The notes under the pieces were generated by a model. It made no database searches. It saw nothing but the letters and a program-made list of their open reading frames with translations, and was not told where the DNA came from. DNA of 60,283 nt, from positions 6,627,058 to 6,687,340 of the forward strand of contig JBNZDD010013718.1 of the NCBI GenBank assembly GCA_050575255.1. The letters run 5' to 3'. The stretch is from Harriotta raleighana. Lineage: Eukaryota. Position numbers and translations under genes: made by a program. The stretch's first letter is position 1; every line of letters starts with the position of its first letter. Positions 13,601-28,600 of this stretch are shown here, piece by piece.

Positions 13601-16600
13601 TAACAACAGCATTTGGATACAAGATTAGATTGAAATTGAAGACTTCCTTTCCAACAATGGAAACGGCCTAAAAATGCACAAAATATGTCAACTTAAAACA
13701 CAGTATCAATTACTTTAGCCAGAAGTCTCAATTACTCAAATAAGTAGGTAAGGGGAGGTAGGAGGGGAGGGGGGGTGGTAGGGGGTAGAAAAAAAGGCAA
13801 TATTTCCAATGGCACATTTTAATGATACTTGATCAATTAATATCTGGTCCTTTGCTATTTTAACAGTTCATACCAACTAAACTTCTTATATCTGCTATGT
13901 TTTTCCCACATTAACTAGTGATAAGAAGCAACATAAAGTTCATGTTATGTGCGAGGTTACACAAATTGTTTTACATAAGCGACTCCTCAAAATACCAACA
14001 GTAATTGCCTTGGTGTTTTATCATTACAGGACATCGGGCTGCTCTCTGACCTTTACATGTTTGATGAGCATGCAGACACTAGTTTGCAAATATATTCATA
14101 TATTTTCCCTCTCCATCAACACATCTATAACCTTACCTTTGTTTTCAATTCAATATCTGTAACAATAATATCTCTGAGTCTTGCAAAGACTTGACTCTGC
14201 TTGGCCTGCACAAAAACCGATGCATCCATTCCTGTAGTTATACAAATAATTGAAATAGTCACAACAATAAGTAGTATTGTAATTTGTTTTGTGAGTCCAT
14301 TTTTTTTAATCAATAATGGAGAATGGCATCTCTGACCTTTTTATACAAATACAATCTAATCTCTTGCCTTACCTTGTACTTTAATATCTGCAATACTGCA
14401 TGTTTCATCACATACACATACATTAAATGCATCCAGTTGAGCAAACATCTTGAAATCGAACAGATCGGTATTCTTTGAGCTTTTTGAAACTGTGCAGAAA
14501 AAAGGTAAAATCAAAAGAAAAGTCACTCTGCATCCCAATGGTTCTTAAAATATTTGTGAGTATTTATATTTTATTTGTTCAAATGCATGGACCATTATAA
14601 TAATCCTGCCTATACACAATAATGTTACAAATAATGGAGAATATTATAGAAAAATTAAATAACCATTTTCCTAAACTGAGTTTTTCAAAGGATATTTATC
14701 TGCAAAAACATTTCCACATTATTCTGCTCTGGGACGTTATCATGAAGGGCGCTATATAATAAATAATAATCCTTGCATTTGATATAGCGCTTTTCATGTT
14801 TTTTTTAGACATCTCAAAGTGCTTCACAGAATATACTGTAAATTGAATTAACTTTATATTTATGGGTGAAACGTGGCAGCCAATTGCTCACAGCAGTGTC
14901 CCACAAACAGTCATGGATTGAAATGACCAATTTTATTATTGTTTTTGGGTGGGGGGATTAGTTTGGCATGTGGAGTAAGGAAACTTGCCCAAGGATTCGC
15001 CCTGAGTTGTCTGGATTCGAATACAGGTCTCAAGCTTGTAAGGCGAGTGCTCTAAGCACTGAGCTCCCGGACTCCACAGGTTTTCCATATTGCTAATTTA
15101 TTAGATATGTTCTGGTGCCACGTACCTGTTTTTGCTGCAGTCTCTTTGTTCTGACTCTCTGCGAGCACCTTTGCTTCACGATTCTTATCAACAGAGCTCA
15201 AATTGCCTGATGGTGTAACAGTGGTCAGGAAATTTATGGTTGAAAGTAGAGCTTTTGTGTGAAGAAGAAAATCAAGAGAAGAAAAGATAACCTGTTGAAA
15301 AATTTAACGTGAAGTAAATACATGGTCCATCTGGGTCATTGGTGAGGACAATATCTATTGAAAAAATAAAACAAAGAGAAACGAAAATGTGGTATGCATT
15401 GTAATTACAGTATAAATCTTGTATGAAAAGGTTCTAACACCATAAATGATGACATATTTCTCCTGAAGAATCTTACAGAAGTAAATTTGCCAGAGGCATC
15501 AGGAACACTACTTTAGCCATATTAAAGTGAACTATGGCAGTTTTCAGTGAACATTCAGTTAACCAGAAAATCAATTGATCAGCTTTCGGTACAAGACGAC
15601 TCAATTCTGTAAAATCGTTCCACTTATTGTCACTCCATTTTAGGTTAATGAGCTAGTATGCTTTGTCCTATCTTTTGACTCAAAGTATACTGTAAAGTGA
15701 ATTGACTGGATATTTTGTGAGTGAAACGCGACAGCCAATTGCGCACAGCAGGTTCCCAATTACAGTCGTGAATCGAGTGACCAATATGGTATAAAGTCCA
15801 AGCAAAGGAGGGGATGTGACCATAGGAGTTCAAAGTGATTGCTTTTTTTGAGTGAGAGGGAGGGGGTTGAGGGAGTTGCAAAAAAAACTGGGGCAGCGAA
15901 GCTGAAGTCCTGACTATTATTTTTTCTATTAAATATAAGCTTCTTTTCATTTTTATTATAGAGAATTTTATGTTATGTAGTATCACCCAGTGACATCCAT
16001 TTAATCAAACCAAATGGTATCCTTTTTGTTCTAGACAATATTGTACTCTTTTCATTGAAATCATCTATGTAATTTGATTCATGATTAATTCATCCACAGA
16101 TTACAATAGAGATATTTCTGTACATTTATCCAGTTTTGCCCTTTCAAAGGTACATTTGCAATGTTGGTTAATAAAGTAGGCCAAATTCCTTTCAATCTGC
16201 AGACAATCTTTCATGACATTTAAATGCTAAAATAATTAGAAATTGGATCATGCTTTTTTCTTAAATTACAAATCAATTCATACATGGTTTTCTTTCTTAT
16301 ATTTCAATACCTAATATTATTGTATTGTCATTAACCTACATTACTAATGGCTTACTTCTTTTTAAACTGTCTAATGTTGTAACGATTCATCATGAATCAT
16401 TCGTATCCTGGGTCACAAAAGAAAAACATTTGGAGCACAAAATTCTCACCTTAACCATTTGTTCAGTGTTGTCATAATTTTCTTTGAATTGTGGACCATT
16501 TTTATCAGCCTGCAACGAACATAACACACATTAATTTTTTAAATTACATTTGAGTCAAGTTTCAACATACAAAGCAGATTAGGTGTTAAGTAAAAAGCAA

Positions 16601-19600
16601 ATTATTATTAGAATATTAGACATGAAATCAAATTATGCTTGGACTAAAATGAATTTAACAAATCATTGTGCAGTTTAACCTTAACATATTCCACTTTCAG
16701 CAAATCGGATCCCGGAATATCAGCAGAACTTATCAGGTGAAGTGGTTGATTATCTGCACCTGAAAAAGAAAAAATAATCATCAATTTCAACAGAAATTAA
16801 TACATTATTTTACATATTGAGTTAAAATGAAAACATTCCAAAAATTTGACTCGAACAGAAAGATCTTGGCATTCGTAGAGCACTACTCTATGTAGAGTAT
16901 AAGAATAGGCTCAGATGAAAAAGACCCTTTTGTCCATTTGAACTCATCCTTCTGTAAGACCCTCTGTCACCTGTCTATTAAAGCAACAAGCTGTGCGTGT
17001 TTTCAAAAATGAATCCAGCGTCGTGATCTCAACCACCCTTCCTGGTAACCTACTTCAGTAACTAATTAACTCCTAAGTAAAGAAATACATCCTTGTGCCT
17101 CCGCAAAAATTGCCCTTAGCAACTCACTCGTTCTGCTGTCTCTGCACTACCGAAAGCGAGTAAAATCAAACATGTGAAACATCTGGACAGTCTTGCCTAA
17201 CTTTTACAAGTCTTGTAACATTTTCAAACACCAGTTTGGCAAAATAACTGTTTCCAAGCCATATAATTGTTTCATTCTACAGTATGTAACCCAGTATTGT
17301 GTTTAAAAATAAATATGTTAAAGAATCATTTACAAAATACAGTCACTATACTTTGCACTATACGCTACAAACTGCTTCAGACGTCTTCTTGTCATGAAAG
17401 GCACCATATCAAATGCTATATATCGCAGGAACAAATCCAAATAAAATTGCTGACATAGGTGACCTATCTTTGCACAGAGGAAGTTGAAGTAGCTTGCCAC
17501 AGAGGGCATAACATGCTCAATATATTAAGACTTCAAATCGGAATGAACTAAGCTTCAACTGGATGGATCAATATTGTTTATCGTGACTGCATTCTTAAAA
17601 AACGAAACACTGAAAATTCAGGGGATTTTGTTATATTCTGTTGCTGACCGCAAGATGAAACACTATTTCCAAAATTGATTCAGAACCAAATTCTAAAAAA
17701 CGTGATAAATTAAAATACTTATTATTTTATCACAATGATAGGCTCATTATGTGTTTGGAGCTTACCTTGAATTTCACAATAATCCAAGTTGATTTTCTTC
17801 AAATATGACGTAACTGTTAAATCAAATGTTCTAATTTTGGCTTCAGTACCTAGCTGAGACACACTGAAAACAAGGAAAGGTTTCTCTGGGTTTTCTTTCC
17901 TGGTGAGTTCTACAACTACCTGTAGAATAATGATAAAAGGATTTCCAGTTATCGAACAGCTGGCTATTGTTCAACAAGCACCACTTAGAACTGCTCAAGA
18001 CGTGAAGAACAAGACATCATGTCCACTAAACATAGGACTCATCCTACTACATATCAAGCAATCCATATGGAGCAAAGGAAATCATTATCTCCCTTGAAAG
18101 GTAAAAATAGCAAAACCATTAGGATTACTCAGAAATACAATTGGATGATACAATTAAATAATTAAGGTGAGTGGGTGGGCTGAATGACTTTCAACTCATC
18201 GTCTTGTTCTTTGTACATATTAATCACCTGGATACCCAATGTTAGATAGTTAAGTTTACAGATGTACAGAAGTTGGGGAGAGGGATCAACTACAGGATCA
18301 GAGGAGCAGTAAAAAGGTGCAAGAAAGAAAGGTTGATGGGTTTATGTACAAGAACTAATAACTGCCAAATTAAGTTTGAAAAAGATAAACATAAGGAAAT
18401 ATATATAGGAAGTACGAATAGGAAACATATGTTCTCCATGGATGGGGTGGAATTTGCCAAGGAGGAAATGGAAAGAGACTAGGGACTTTAGTTAACTCGT
18501 CACTCAATGTGTCAAAACAGCAATAAATAAAGCAAACAGGATACGAGTCTATATTGCTAAAGCAGTTAATGGGAGGTCATACTCAGACTGTACTGTGCTC
18601 TGATCAGGCCGCACCTAGACTATCACACGTAGTTCTGTTCACCACAACATAAGGGGGCTATCCCGGCCCGAGAGAGAGTGCAGAGAAGAGCAACAAGGAC
18701 AATTCCCAGTGTCAAAGGAATGAGCTATGCGCCAAGATTAGACAGAGGACACCTCATAGTAGTCTAAGACATTTTAAATGGGATTGAAACAGAACAATAG
18801 TTCAGGGTGTCCCAAGATAGTAGAACACAAGTACTCTACTTTGGTTTAGGGCAATTTCAGGACAGATATCACAAATATTTTCTTCACCTGGAGAGAAAAT
18901 ATTAACTGCAACAGGTTGCCATGAAGGGTACATTTAGAGCTAAGAATATTTCAAAGCCAAAGCAGATAAAAATTGCTCTCATATTTTACGCAAATACACA
19001 CAAGCACACGCACAAAAGTAGGGTTTCAAGAAACATGAATCATGCAATCTATGAGAGAAAAAAAACATGCACGTAATTGGCAATTTTTATACCTCTTTAA
19101 TCTCAAACTTCAGCTGCAAGTCAGTCAGCTCTTCAATTGCGCCAGTCTCTTTATAATCATCATATAGTGGCGCATCACCTGCTGCCAGCGTCTCCTTAGG
19201 TTTCAATTCAGCATCGTCAGCTCTGAATTCCTCCTCTGATTCTGGAGAACCTAAGTAACAGGAGAGATTGTAATCCATTTATTTACACCAAGAGTCAAGA
19301 TATGGCTGAACATGTAAAAACACTTTACATCAATGACTCAACGTTTAATCAGTGACTAACTATAATTGGTCATTCACCTCATGGCTTACTTGTGGGACAA
19401 TGCTGTGTGCAAAGCAGCTATGGTTAGTTGCACAGAGCTCTATTGTATTTCAGGAGTTAACAAGGTCTAATGACGTGCTAAACAATGGAAACATGAATTG
19501 ATCATAGCAACAACAAAATTACATTTGTATAGCACATTTCATATCGGGAGGATGGCGCTTAAATTTAGCGTATCATAAATAACTGGACACTCAACGCTCA

Positions 19601-22600
19601 CCTGAATCATCTACTTCTGGCAATCCTGCGGATCCAACATTTACGAGACTCGGGTCAAAAGCCTTTCGTGATCTTGCAGCTAAAGATACCTGTGGACAAA
19701 AACCTTTCAGTCAAGAGAGATATTTGCTAATATGGTATATTTTTACAATTAAGTAAGTACGCTAAAATTAAATAATTTGTCTTAAAATATTACAAATATT
19801 AAATGGGGATTAAAAAATCTAAAAAGAATGAGTCTTTACAGGGAGATTTGAAGCAATTTCAATTACATGCATTATTAGCATATTTTTGAAAAATTGAAAT
19901 TCTAAATAAAGCTACAAAAGTAATTTTTTTCTTTCCTAAATGCAAATGAATATACAGTAAAAGCCCATTTATCTGGCACCAGCGGGACCTGGCCAATGCC
20001 GGTTAAACAGCTTGCTAGTTAAAAGGTCGGATCCAACACCGAAAACCCAACACAAAAAAAATTAACTTATTTTAACACATACCATATTAATAATAGGCTA
20101 AATAATAACAGAAATAACAGAATATTGTATGGGTACTTTATTGTAAATATTGTACACTGAACCATATAAATAATAGATTAAATACACTAATAACAGATAC
20201 TGCAATAACAGATTATATTGGTACTTTATTATTTATACTTAACTTCTGCAATGGCGGCCGCCACGGGAGGCAACAAAACGGCAGCGTGACTTTAAAAATA
20301 ACCGGCAGGCTCTACAAGCAGCAAGCCAAAATATCTGTACAGTACTCTCGTGTGATAATCGATTCATTAAATGCACCACTGCTATTCTGCCGGATAACTT
20401 AATCGGATGGGGACTTTTTTTTGGACTATTTTTTATACGGATGTTCCGGTTCATCGAGTCATGGATAAACGGGCTTTTACTGTACCATGCATTACAAAAG
20501 TATAATCATAACAGTTAGAACATCTGTTATTTGTGGCAGAGTTCCAGCCACGAAGAGAAACAGAAGGTTTGGAAATGCCGGATGATGTGCTAACCTTTGC
20601 TTTGGTAGGTGATCGAGAAGAGAACTGGCTCTGAGGAAAGGGGATGCTATCAGCAAGTTCGAAAAGACTTTTTATCTTCTCGTCTGACATTGCGACGTGG
20701 ACCAAAGGCAGCTCACCCGAGACTTTAAATCTGAAAGAAAAACAAATGTTGTTAAGATTCAATAACCACCAAATATCAAGTTATACAAATCAAATACAAG
20801 GATTATATTTATTTATTATATAAAACACCTTAAATCACTTTACAGGTTTGGCTAGTTAGAAGCCAATATTTATACTTTCACACTCTTTGCTTTTTAACCA
20901 ACAGTTAACCTTATACAGTAAAAGCCCGTTTATCCGTGACTCAATGAACCAGAACTTCCGTATAACTGGTACGTCAAAAAAAAAAGTCCCCGTCCGATTA
21001 ACCGGAAGTTATCAGGCAGAATAGCGGTGGCGCATTCAATGAATCAATTGTCGCACGAGAGTAATGTACAGGTATTTCGGCTTGCTGCTAGTACAGCCTG
21101 AAAGTCGCGCTGCCGTTTTTTTTCCTCCTGTGGGGACTGCCATTGCTGAAGTATAAATAATAAAGTTCTGATACAATATTCTGTTATTACAGTATCTGTT
21201 CTTAGTATATTTAGTCTATTATTTATATGGTACAGTGTACAACATTTACAATAAAGTCCCCAAATAATATTCTGTTATTATCTGTTGCATTGTGTTTTCG
21301 ATGTCGGATCTGATCGTTTAACCAGCAAGCCGTTTAACCGGCATTGGCCAGGTATCCCTGGTGCTGGATAAACGGGCTTTCACTGTATATTCTTTTTTCA
21401 GTTCCTCAGAACATTTGTCTAAGATGTCACTGTTTCCCAAATACAGTAGCAGCACAACTGAATTTACCCATCAATATCTGCTTGACTTTTTTTTTACACC
21501 CCTCAACAATGCTACTGAATAGCAGTACAGTGGAATACCACTAATCAGGATTATCAACTGCCCACTTGTAAATGAACGTAGGAATGTCTAATCTTCATCA
21601 ACTCCTATGAATAAGGAATCGAAAAGCTTTTATTTGTGTTGCCAGGATGTATTTCCCGACCTTTCGATTGCAACTGATTACACCACTCCGCTATGTAGCT
21701 TTTATACAAGACCATTGCTATGGCCTTTGGATTTTTGTGCAAAGTCTTGAAAATTGAATGAAAGCTCAACAAGCTTAAATGTTGAACATACTTAGGCATT
21801 CTGGCATCTTTTTCCACCATAGCTTTAGCAATCTTCACTTCAACATTCATAGGCTGTAATATATGCTGGGAAGAGGAATGCTGGACACGAGCAAACTTCC
21901 AGTCTTGACCTGAAAGAGGCAGATTCTGTATGAAGCACATCTTTAATTAAGAGTTGAGTATGCGAGATTAGTATGTTTCATCCTCGACTTATCTTTTGTA
22001 CGTAAGTAACTACATATCGGTTTCCATTCCATCTCTGTAGACATTTTGAGACATAATCCGAAATGAGAGGCAATAAACAAGTGTGAAATGTTGCACCACC
22101 ACAGATGTGATTTAGCTTCATTTTGAAAATGAATAATCCCAAAACACGACACATGCTCTCACAAGAAATAAAGAGAATACATTAAAAAGTGTTCCTCAGA
22201 TGGCAGAACAAATTGCCCTAACTAGAACCTAAATAAACTAAAATATACCAATAATCAAGTTTGAGACCTTCAGGATCTGTGCTATAAACACATTATTCAG
22301 TTCTCCAAACAAACAACAGTGGACATTAATTAATTTTTTTTAGATGATTCCTAAAATTCCTTCCTGGGAAAAGTGCCTGAAAATTAAGCAGCTCATCTCA
22401 AACGAGTAAAGCATGACAGTAAAATAATTCAGGCATCACATGCTTCCTATTGCCTGAAAAATACAATTAAAAATATTATGATCATGATTATTATTATTGT
22501 CTGAAAGATGAGGACAATCACCAGGCAAAGCAGTGCATGTCATTCATAAAACTGCATATCTTTCCAAAATAAAGTGAGGTAGACAGATTCTCAAGTGGAT

Positions 22601-25600
22601 AAACAGTCAAAGGAATCAATGAGCTCATTTAAACAGAGAGATTCAAAAATAAAAATGGACCTGGTTTGCTGAACAACAACTGGACATTTTTGAGCTTCAC
22701 TTCAAATTTTTCATAGGCTCGATCCAAAATTTCCTCCAGCGATGCAAAACTTGGAGATATCACTTTCTGATCACTGTGGTTGATACTGTTTAACTGAAGA
22801 AAAGTAAACGTGTCATTTATGTATGCTTTGTTATTTATAGATTGTCAAACAGCTCCAAATCAAAACATTTCAAATGAAAGAGTAATCCTTCGATTAAAAA
22901 TGCTATAGTACAGTATTGAGTTACTCAGTGGAGAAACAGCATAAGTTAAAATTAAATTAAATTAGTCATTTACGTCATGGGTGTTTGTAGGATGTTGATA
23001 TCCACAATCCAGCTGATGAGTTTGCTACAAATACTTAATCACTACACTTTACAGTAAATCAGATAAAATGCTTTGAGAAGTTTTGACGAGATAATAAGGT
23101 GCTATATGGAGTCCCCTAGTTCGGTGTTTAGTGCACTCGCCTCGCAAGCGAGAGCCCTGGGTTTCAATTACCGGCAGGGTGAAATGTTGGGCAAGTTTCC
23201 TCTGTTTACCTAGCTGTAAGTAGGAACCCAGTTGTTAGTCAATTGTCATGTTTCGCCCACATAATATACAACCAATTCATTTTACAATATATTCTATGAA
23301 GCGCAAGCATTATGACTTAAGTCACACTCTTTTTGCAAAACAATTGTGGTTATGAATTTCCAATAACATACCTGGAAACTACCAAAGTCCAAAATAAGTA
23401 AGTTTGAATTGTCATTGTAGAATCCAGTCTGTGGGACCACCAGGTAAGATGGCTTAAGGTTGATTCGAAGATCAAGGACTTTTCGTGTTTCAATTATATG
23501 TGATAGACCTAAGAAAAAGTAAAATAAATAAAGTTGTTGTAAACTCATTAACGTTGGAGACAAATTAAAAAACACTTTATGGTGTAGCAACAATATTGTG
23601 AACTCCATTCTGGAACAAATAAGTCACCCGGGGCAGCTTCAATTTTATGTTTATAATCTACATTTTGTATATTTCTTTGAAAAAAAAGTTTACCTGTTGC
23701 AGTCTTCTCCTTGATTTCCTCTAATTTCAGTAAAGTTGCTGAAGTCAGGCTTTCAAGATCCAATCCTCTGTTAGTCTGGAAAAATTCTACCAAACTATTT
23801 ACTGTTTGCTGAAAAGTAGAAAGGAGATAGTTTCATACGATAATTTTAACCAATAGAGCAAATTCTCAGATTAAAATATGAATATAACAGTATTGGTTGA
23901 CAGCAAACCTATGCGTTGCAATGAAATCGCTCAAGTGATTGTTTCTGTGTTACTAATAAGAATTTATGTGTCATAAGAATTTATCATATGATTGTCTCTT
24001 TGATAACATAAAAAAGTGCATTAAAACTTCATGGGCATTTCAAACTATTAGAATGAAATTTCCGAGTAAAGTAAGCAACATACAGGATACAACCATATTA
24101 TACTCTATATGTAATACTAAGCAAGAGATTTTAAATACTTAACGGAAATATAACATGCAATATAATCATACTTACAGCATCATAAATTATTTCCACCGGC
24201 TGGGACTGGATATTTAATAACTGATCTGCACTGCTTTCCTCAGGATTAATCTCAAAACAGACGTTGAGTAAGGAGGTTTTTGGACTTCCAACAGAAGCAA
24301 TGAGAGATGGAATTACATCTTGCTGTTTCAAACCAGTTACGTACCAGTGTTCCAATCGAGTTTCCACTCTACAAACACAGGATTTGGGTTTAAATTTTTT
24401 TAATTCATTCTTCATAATTTACAATTCACCACTCCATCATACGATTCCAAAAAATATTCTGTCGAAGGGTAAATAAAGTGTAGGGTAGAACCTCTATCCT
24501 TGGTTAAGGTCCATTTACCATTCTCCATAAGCTTAAATACTAAAAAGAAATGTTAAGCTAACTGTACCTCATGATTTTAACCTGAGCTTTGCTCATTTCT
24601 TCCCAAGGTAAGTTCTTACTTTAGTGCTTGTGCTCCAGGACGCTGGGAAACACACATGCTCAAGCCAATCGTCTGTATTTTAAGAATCTCTGGAAGATTT
24701 GGTTCCTCTCGGATGGTGATGGAGGTTGTGACCAGCTTGAAGGTCAGCACATTTGCGATATACTGAAAGACACCAATTTTAACATGAAACCAAAATCATG
24801 ACAAAAATTAATTCAGCCTTGATCACATCTTCAAGATGTCTCAAAGTGCTTCACAGAATATACTTCAATATAATAATATACAAAATATAATAATTCAAGT
24901 GAATTAACTGTATATTTTGTGGGCGAAATGCGGTTATTTAAGAGTATACCAGACCTGTTTTGGTAGTGTCAAGTTGTGGTAGCTCTCGCTGTATCCGATA
25001 GCTGTGTATAACTTAGTCTTTTCTTCAGGCGTCATCAGCTCATTGATACCTGAAAACATCAAAGAAGTTAAAGAAACTCTGAGACACACAACAGAATGTT
25101 GAAAACTTATTTGACTTTAAACTTTTTAACAATTTTCATTCCGAAAAAAATTATGGAATACTAAAATAAGAGGTATGAGTTCCAAGTCCTAACCTGGGGT
25201 TTGAACCACAAACCTCTAACCTGGGTGGCAAGAGAGCTACCAACTGAGCCAGGGTGATTGCCACATATGCAACTCAATCTCGAGCTACTTTCACCAAATA
25301 TCAAAATTTGATTTAATGTAACATTTTACTAACTTTCTGGTACAGATTTGACTTCCTCTTCACCCTTCTTCTTTGAATCTTTTCTACCCCAAAGTCCACT
25401 AAACCATCCTCCACTCTGTTTCTCTGCTCCCTTCTTTCCCAACATCCTATGTCCGGATCTAATCACCTGAAAGCAAAAGAAGAAGCCATTAGTTGTATTT
25501 CATTAGATCACTAAGCACACACTAAATACAATAAAATAATCAGTTACCTCAACATGGGCTTGTTGTCTTGCTAGGGTAATATTGAAAACATCCAGCAATT

Positions 25601-28600
25601 TCTCCAGAGTCTAAAACAAACAGTAAACAACAAACATCAATCAATACTAAAAAGCTTAATCTGACAAATTGATGATTTATTTAAATTTACGTTACAAAAT
25701 GTTTGCAAAATCAAATTGTCTTTGAACTGACTTAAAGAAAAAACAAACTTTGCAGTAACTGATGTCAGAACATTACAAAGTACCTCACAAGTAATGAATA
25801 TCAAAGCAGTAAATTGATTTATAGGCAAACCACTATTTGCACCAACGAGTTCCCACGAGATGGATGACCATTAATCTTTTCAAATTACGTCACGGAACTT
25901 TTAATCAATTTGGCAACAAGCAGCCGGGACTCATCTAATGTTGATTCTGGAAAACAGCTCCTCCAGCAATTATGCAATCCACCAGCCAGTTGTTGTGTGC
26001 ATGCACAGCAATCTGCCTTTCTACTCAACCCGTTGCAGACAACATTACAGCTTACCATTGATATCATTAGTTAAATACTTGCTGCATAAAAAAAGTACAG
26101 AAGTATTTCTAGGAGATCATATACATTAACAATTGTAAATATTTAATAAGTAGGAGTCATTTTGTTAGGATTCTGTTTTACCTGAAGTTGTTTCAGTATT
26201 TCATCCGAAGGCTTGTTCTGCATCAACTTCTGCTTGTAAGCCAGTTTATAGGCTTTCAGATTTTCTCTGTGACTCTTGATATTTTTCCAAGACCACATTT
26301 GACTTTTTCTCCTGATATGAACTTCCAGAATTCCAGTGATTGCATACTGCCACCTATTATTAAGGCATTTACTTTGTTACTATTGTGCATTATTACCTTG
26401 AAATAAATGTATAATATTACAGACAGAGAGCTGTAAGAATTGGGACAAAAATGGAAGTATCATGCTGGTACAATGAGAAGTGCTCTTCTAGGGTTGGAGA
26501 TGAAGTGAATTGCTTTGTTGATGTGGCCAATATAAAAATATTTTAATCACATTAAATTCTCATTCCCCTACCGATGAACAGAAATCTCCCTAAAATATAA
26601 TAATAATCCTTGCATTCAATATAGTGCTTTTCTCAAAGTGCTTAACAGAATACACTGCAAAGTGAATTGACTGTATATTTGTGGGCAAAATGCGGCATCC
26701 AATTGCGCACAGCAGTGTCCCACAAACAGACATGGATTGAAATGGCCAATTTTTTTAACATTGCTTTTTTGTTGAGGGATTTTTAGGCATGTGGTATAAG
26801 GAAATTTGCCCATGGTTTCATCCTGACCTGCCTGGATTCGAATCACAGATCTCACACTTGTAAGGCGAGTGCTCTAACCACTGAGCTACAGGACTCCACC
26901 AAATACCGTATAGAGACAATAAATGAAATCATTTTAAAATAAATAAAAATTATTTGCTCTGGGATGCACTTTTTTTTAAATGACCAATTGTTCAAAGCCA
27001 AAAGTGACTGAAACAAATAGCCAGAATAAAGTAAAATTAACTGTAATTAATTAACTGTAATTAACTGTAATTAATTAACTGTAACTGTAAAGGACTGTAT
27101 CTTTACACATGGAGAACCACTCTCTTTTGTGACCCAGCAAAAAAGGTTTGAGGATAGAAAATGGTCAGAAACAAAGAAGAAACAAGCATCCAACAATTAA
27201 TTAGATAATTACATGCAATGTTTAAATTTAGTCCATTCTTACCATTTATTGATATTTTTATGAACTGGGACATTAGGTTTGTATCTTCGGTAAGGGATGT
27301 TCCTGACCATGTAATCCACAGATTCCAGAAGATCCATCATACTAAGATACTTGAAAAAAAAATCATCAGCACACGTGAGAGTTTAAATATTTCCAGTCAT
27401 ACATACAATCAATATTTTAGACTTAAACAATCAGAATTTAGTTCCAAAATGGTTCACTTTCCTCAGCTTGCCAACCACTACAATCTTTCAGCAATACTCA
27501 AATTATGAATGATAATGTTCATCGCCAAATATTGTTCATTCAGCAAAATTGTAACGGAAATTAAAATGACTATAGGGTCAATTAAGAAATATTGAGCAAC
27601 AAAGGCTGGTTAAATAGTATAAATCTTTTTATTTCTTTATCCCTCCATCCTTCATCTCAACACAGTGACATAGTATTCTGAAGTCTAAGGACATTAATTC
27701 AGAGTCACAGTTACTCAAAAAATTCCCTGGCTCACAACTGTCTGTTTGTGAATCCTGTGGAGAGGTACTGGGTGAAGCACAGCTATGATCATACGATAGA
27801 TGTAATCATCAACCATCAAGCAGCAGGTAAATCCATCTTACCTGTGCCTTGATCATCTCTATGGCAATGCTCTGCACCTCCATGTCCAATTTCACTTTGG
27901 GTGAATTCAGCTCAGCATCAGCGTGAGTGTTAATGCACAGTTTAGCAGAGGCTGACATTGGTCTAAAAGCTTGAGGAAAAAAAATTGTTTCAACAAACAA
28001 CTCAAAATGGATACACAGAAAATATTGGCCTGTTTTAATAAAGGTTTTGGAACAGACACAACTGGATTATCAAATAATTTTACTGTAAGCCTGATATAAA
28101 CTTTGTTTTGGCAAATTCAACAAATTTTAGCTGTCAGTTATTACATTGAATACTGCAGTTCTAGAGTTGTAGTTTTGATTCAAAACTAAAAGGTAGTTTT
28201 TTGATTCTTTGAACATACATTCTTCAGGACAATGCACGTCATACTATAAGCAAAACATTTAATGGGGTTGAGCAGCATAAAATTAAGGCACTTTAATGGA
28301 AAAGTTAGAAATTGCTCTTTGAAACATTCATTTGACCAAGCACAATTTTCATTTAGTGACCTTTTTTTTAACTGCTTTTAAGGATGGGTCTCAAGATCAA
28401 AACACAAGTTCTACAGCAATTTGTTTGAAAAGAAAACCTTCCATTATTTTGTTTGTTGAAGAAAGTCTCTTTTTCAAGCAAATAAGGAGACAATTATTAT
28501 ATCTTATACAAATAACACTAATGAATCTACATACACTGATGATACTTACTGTACTGATAATCTTTGGGTTCATGAGCACTTGAAGCTATTCCTTCTTTCA

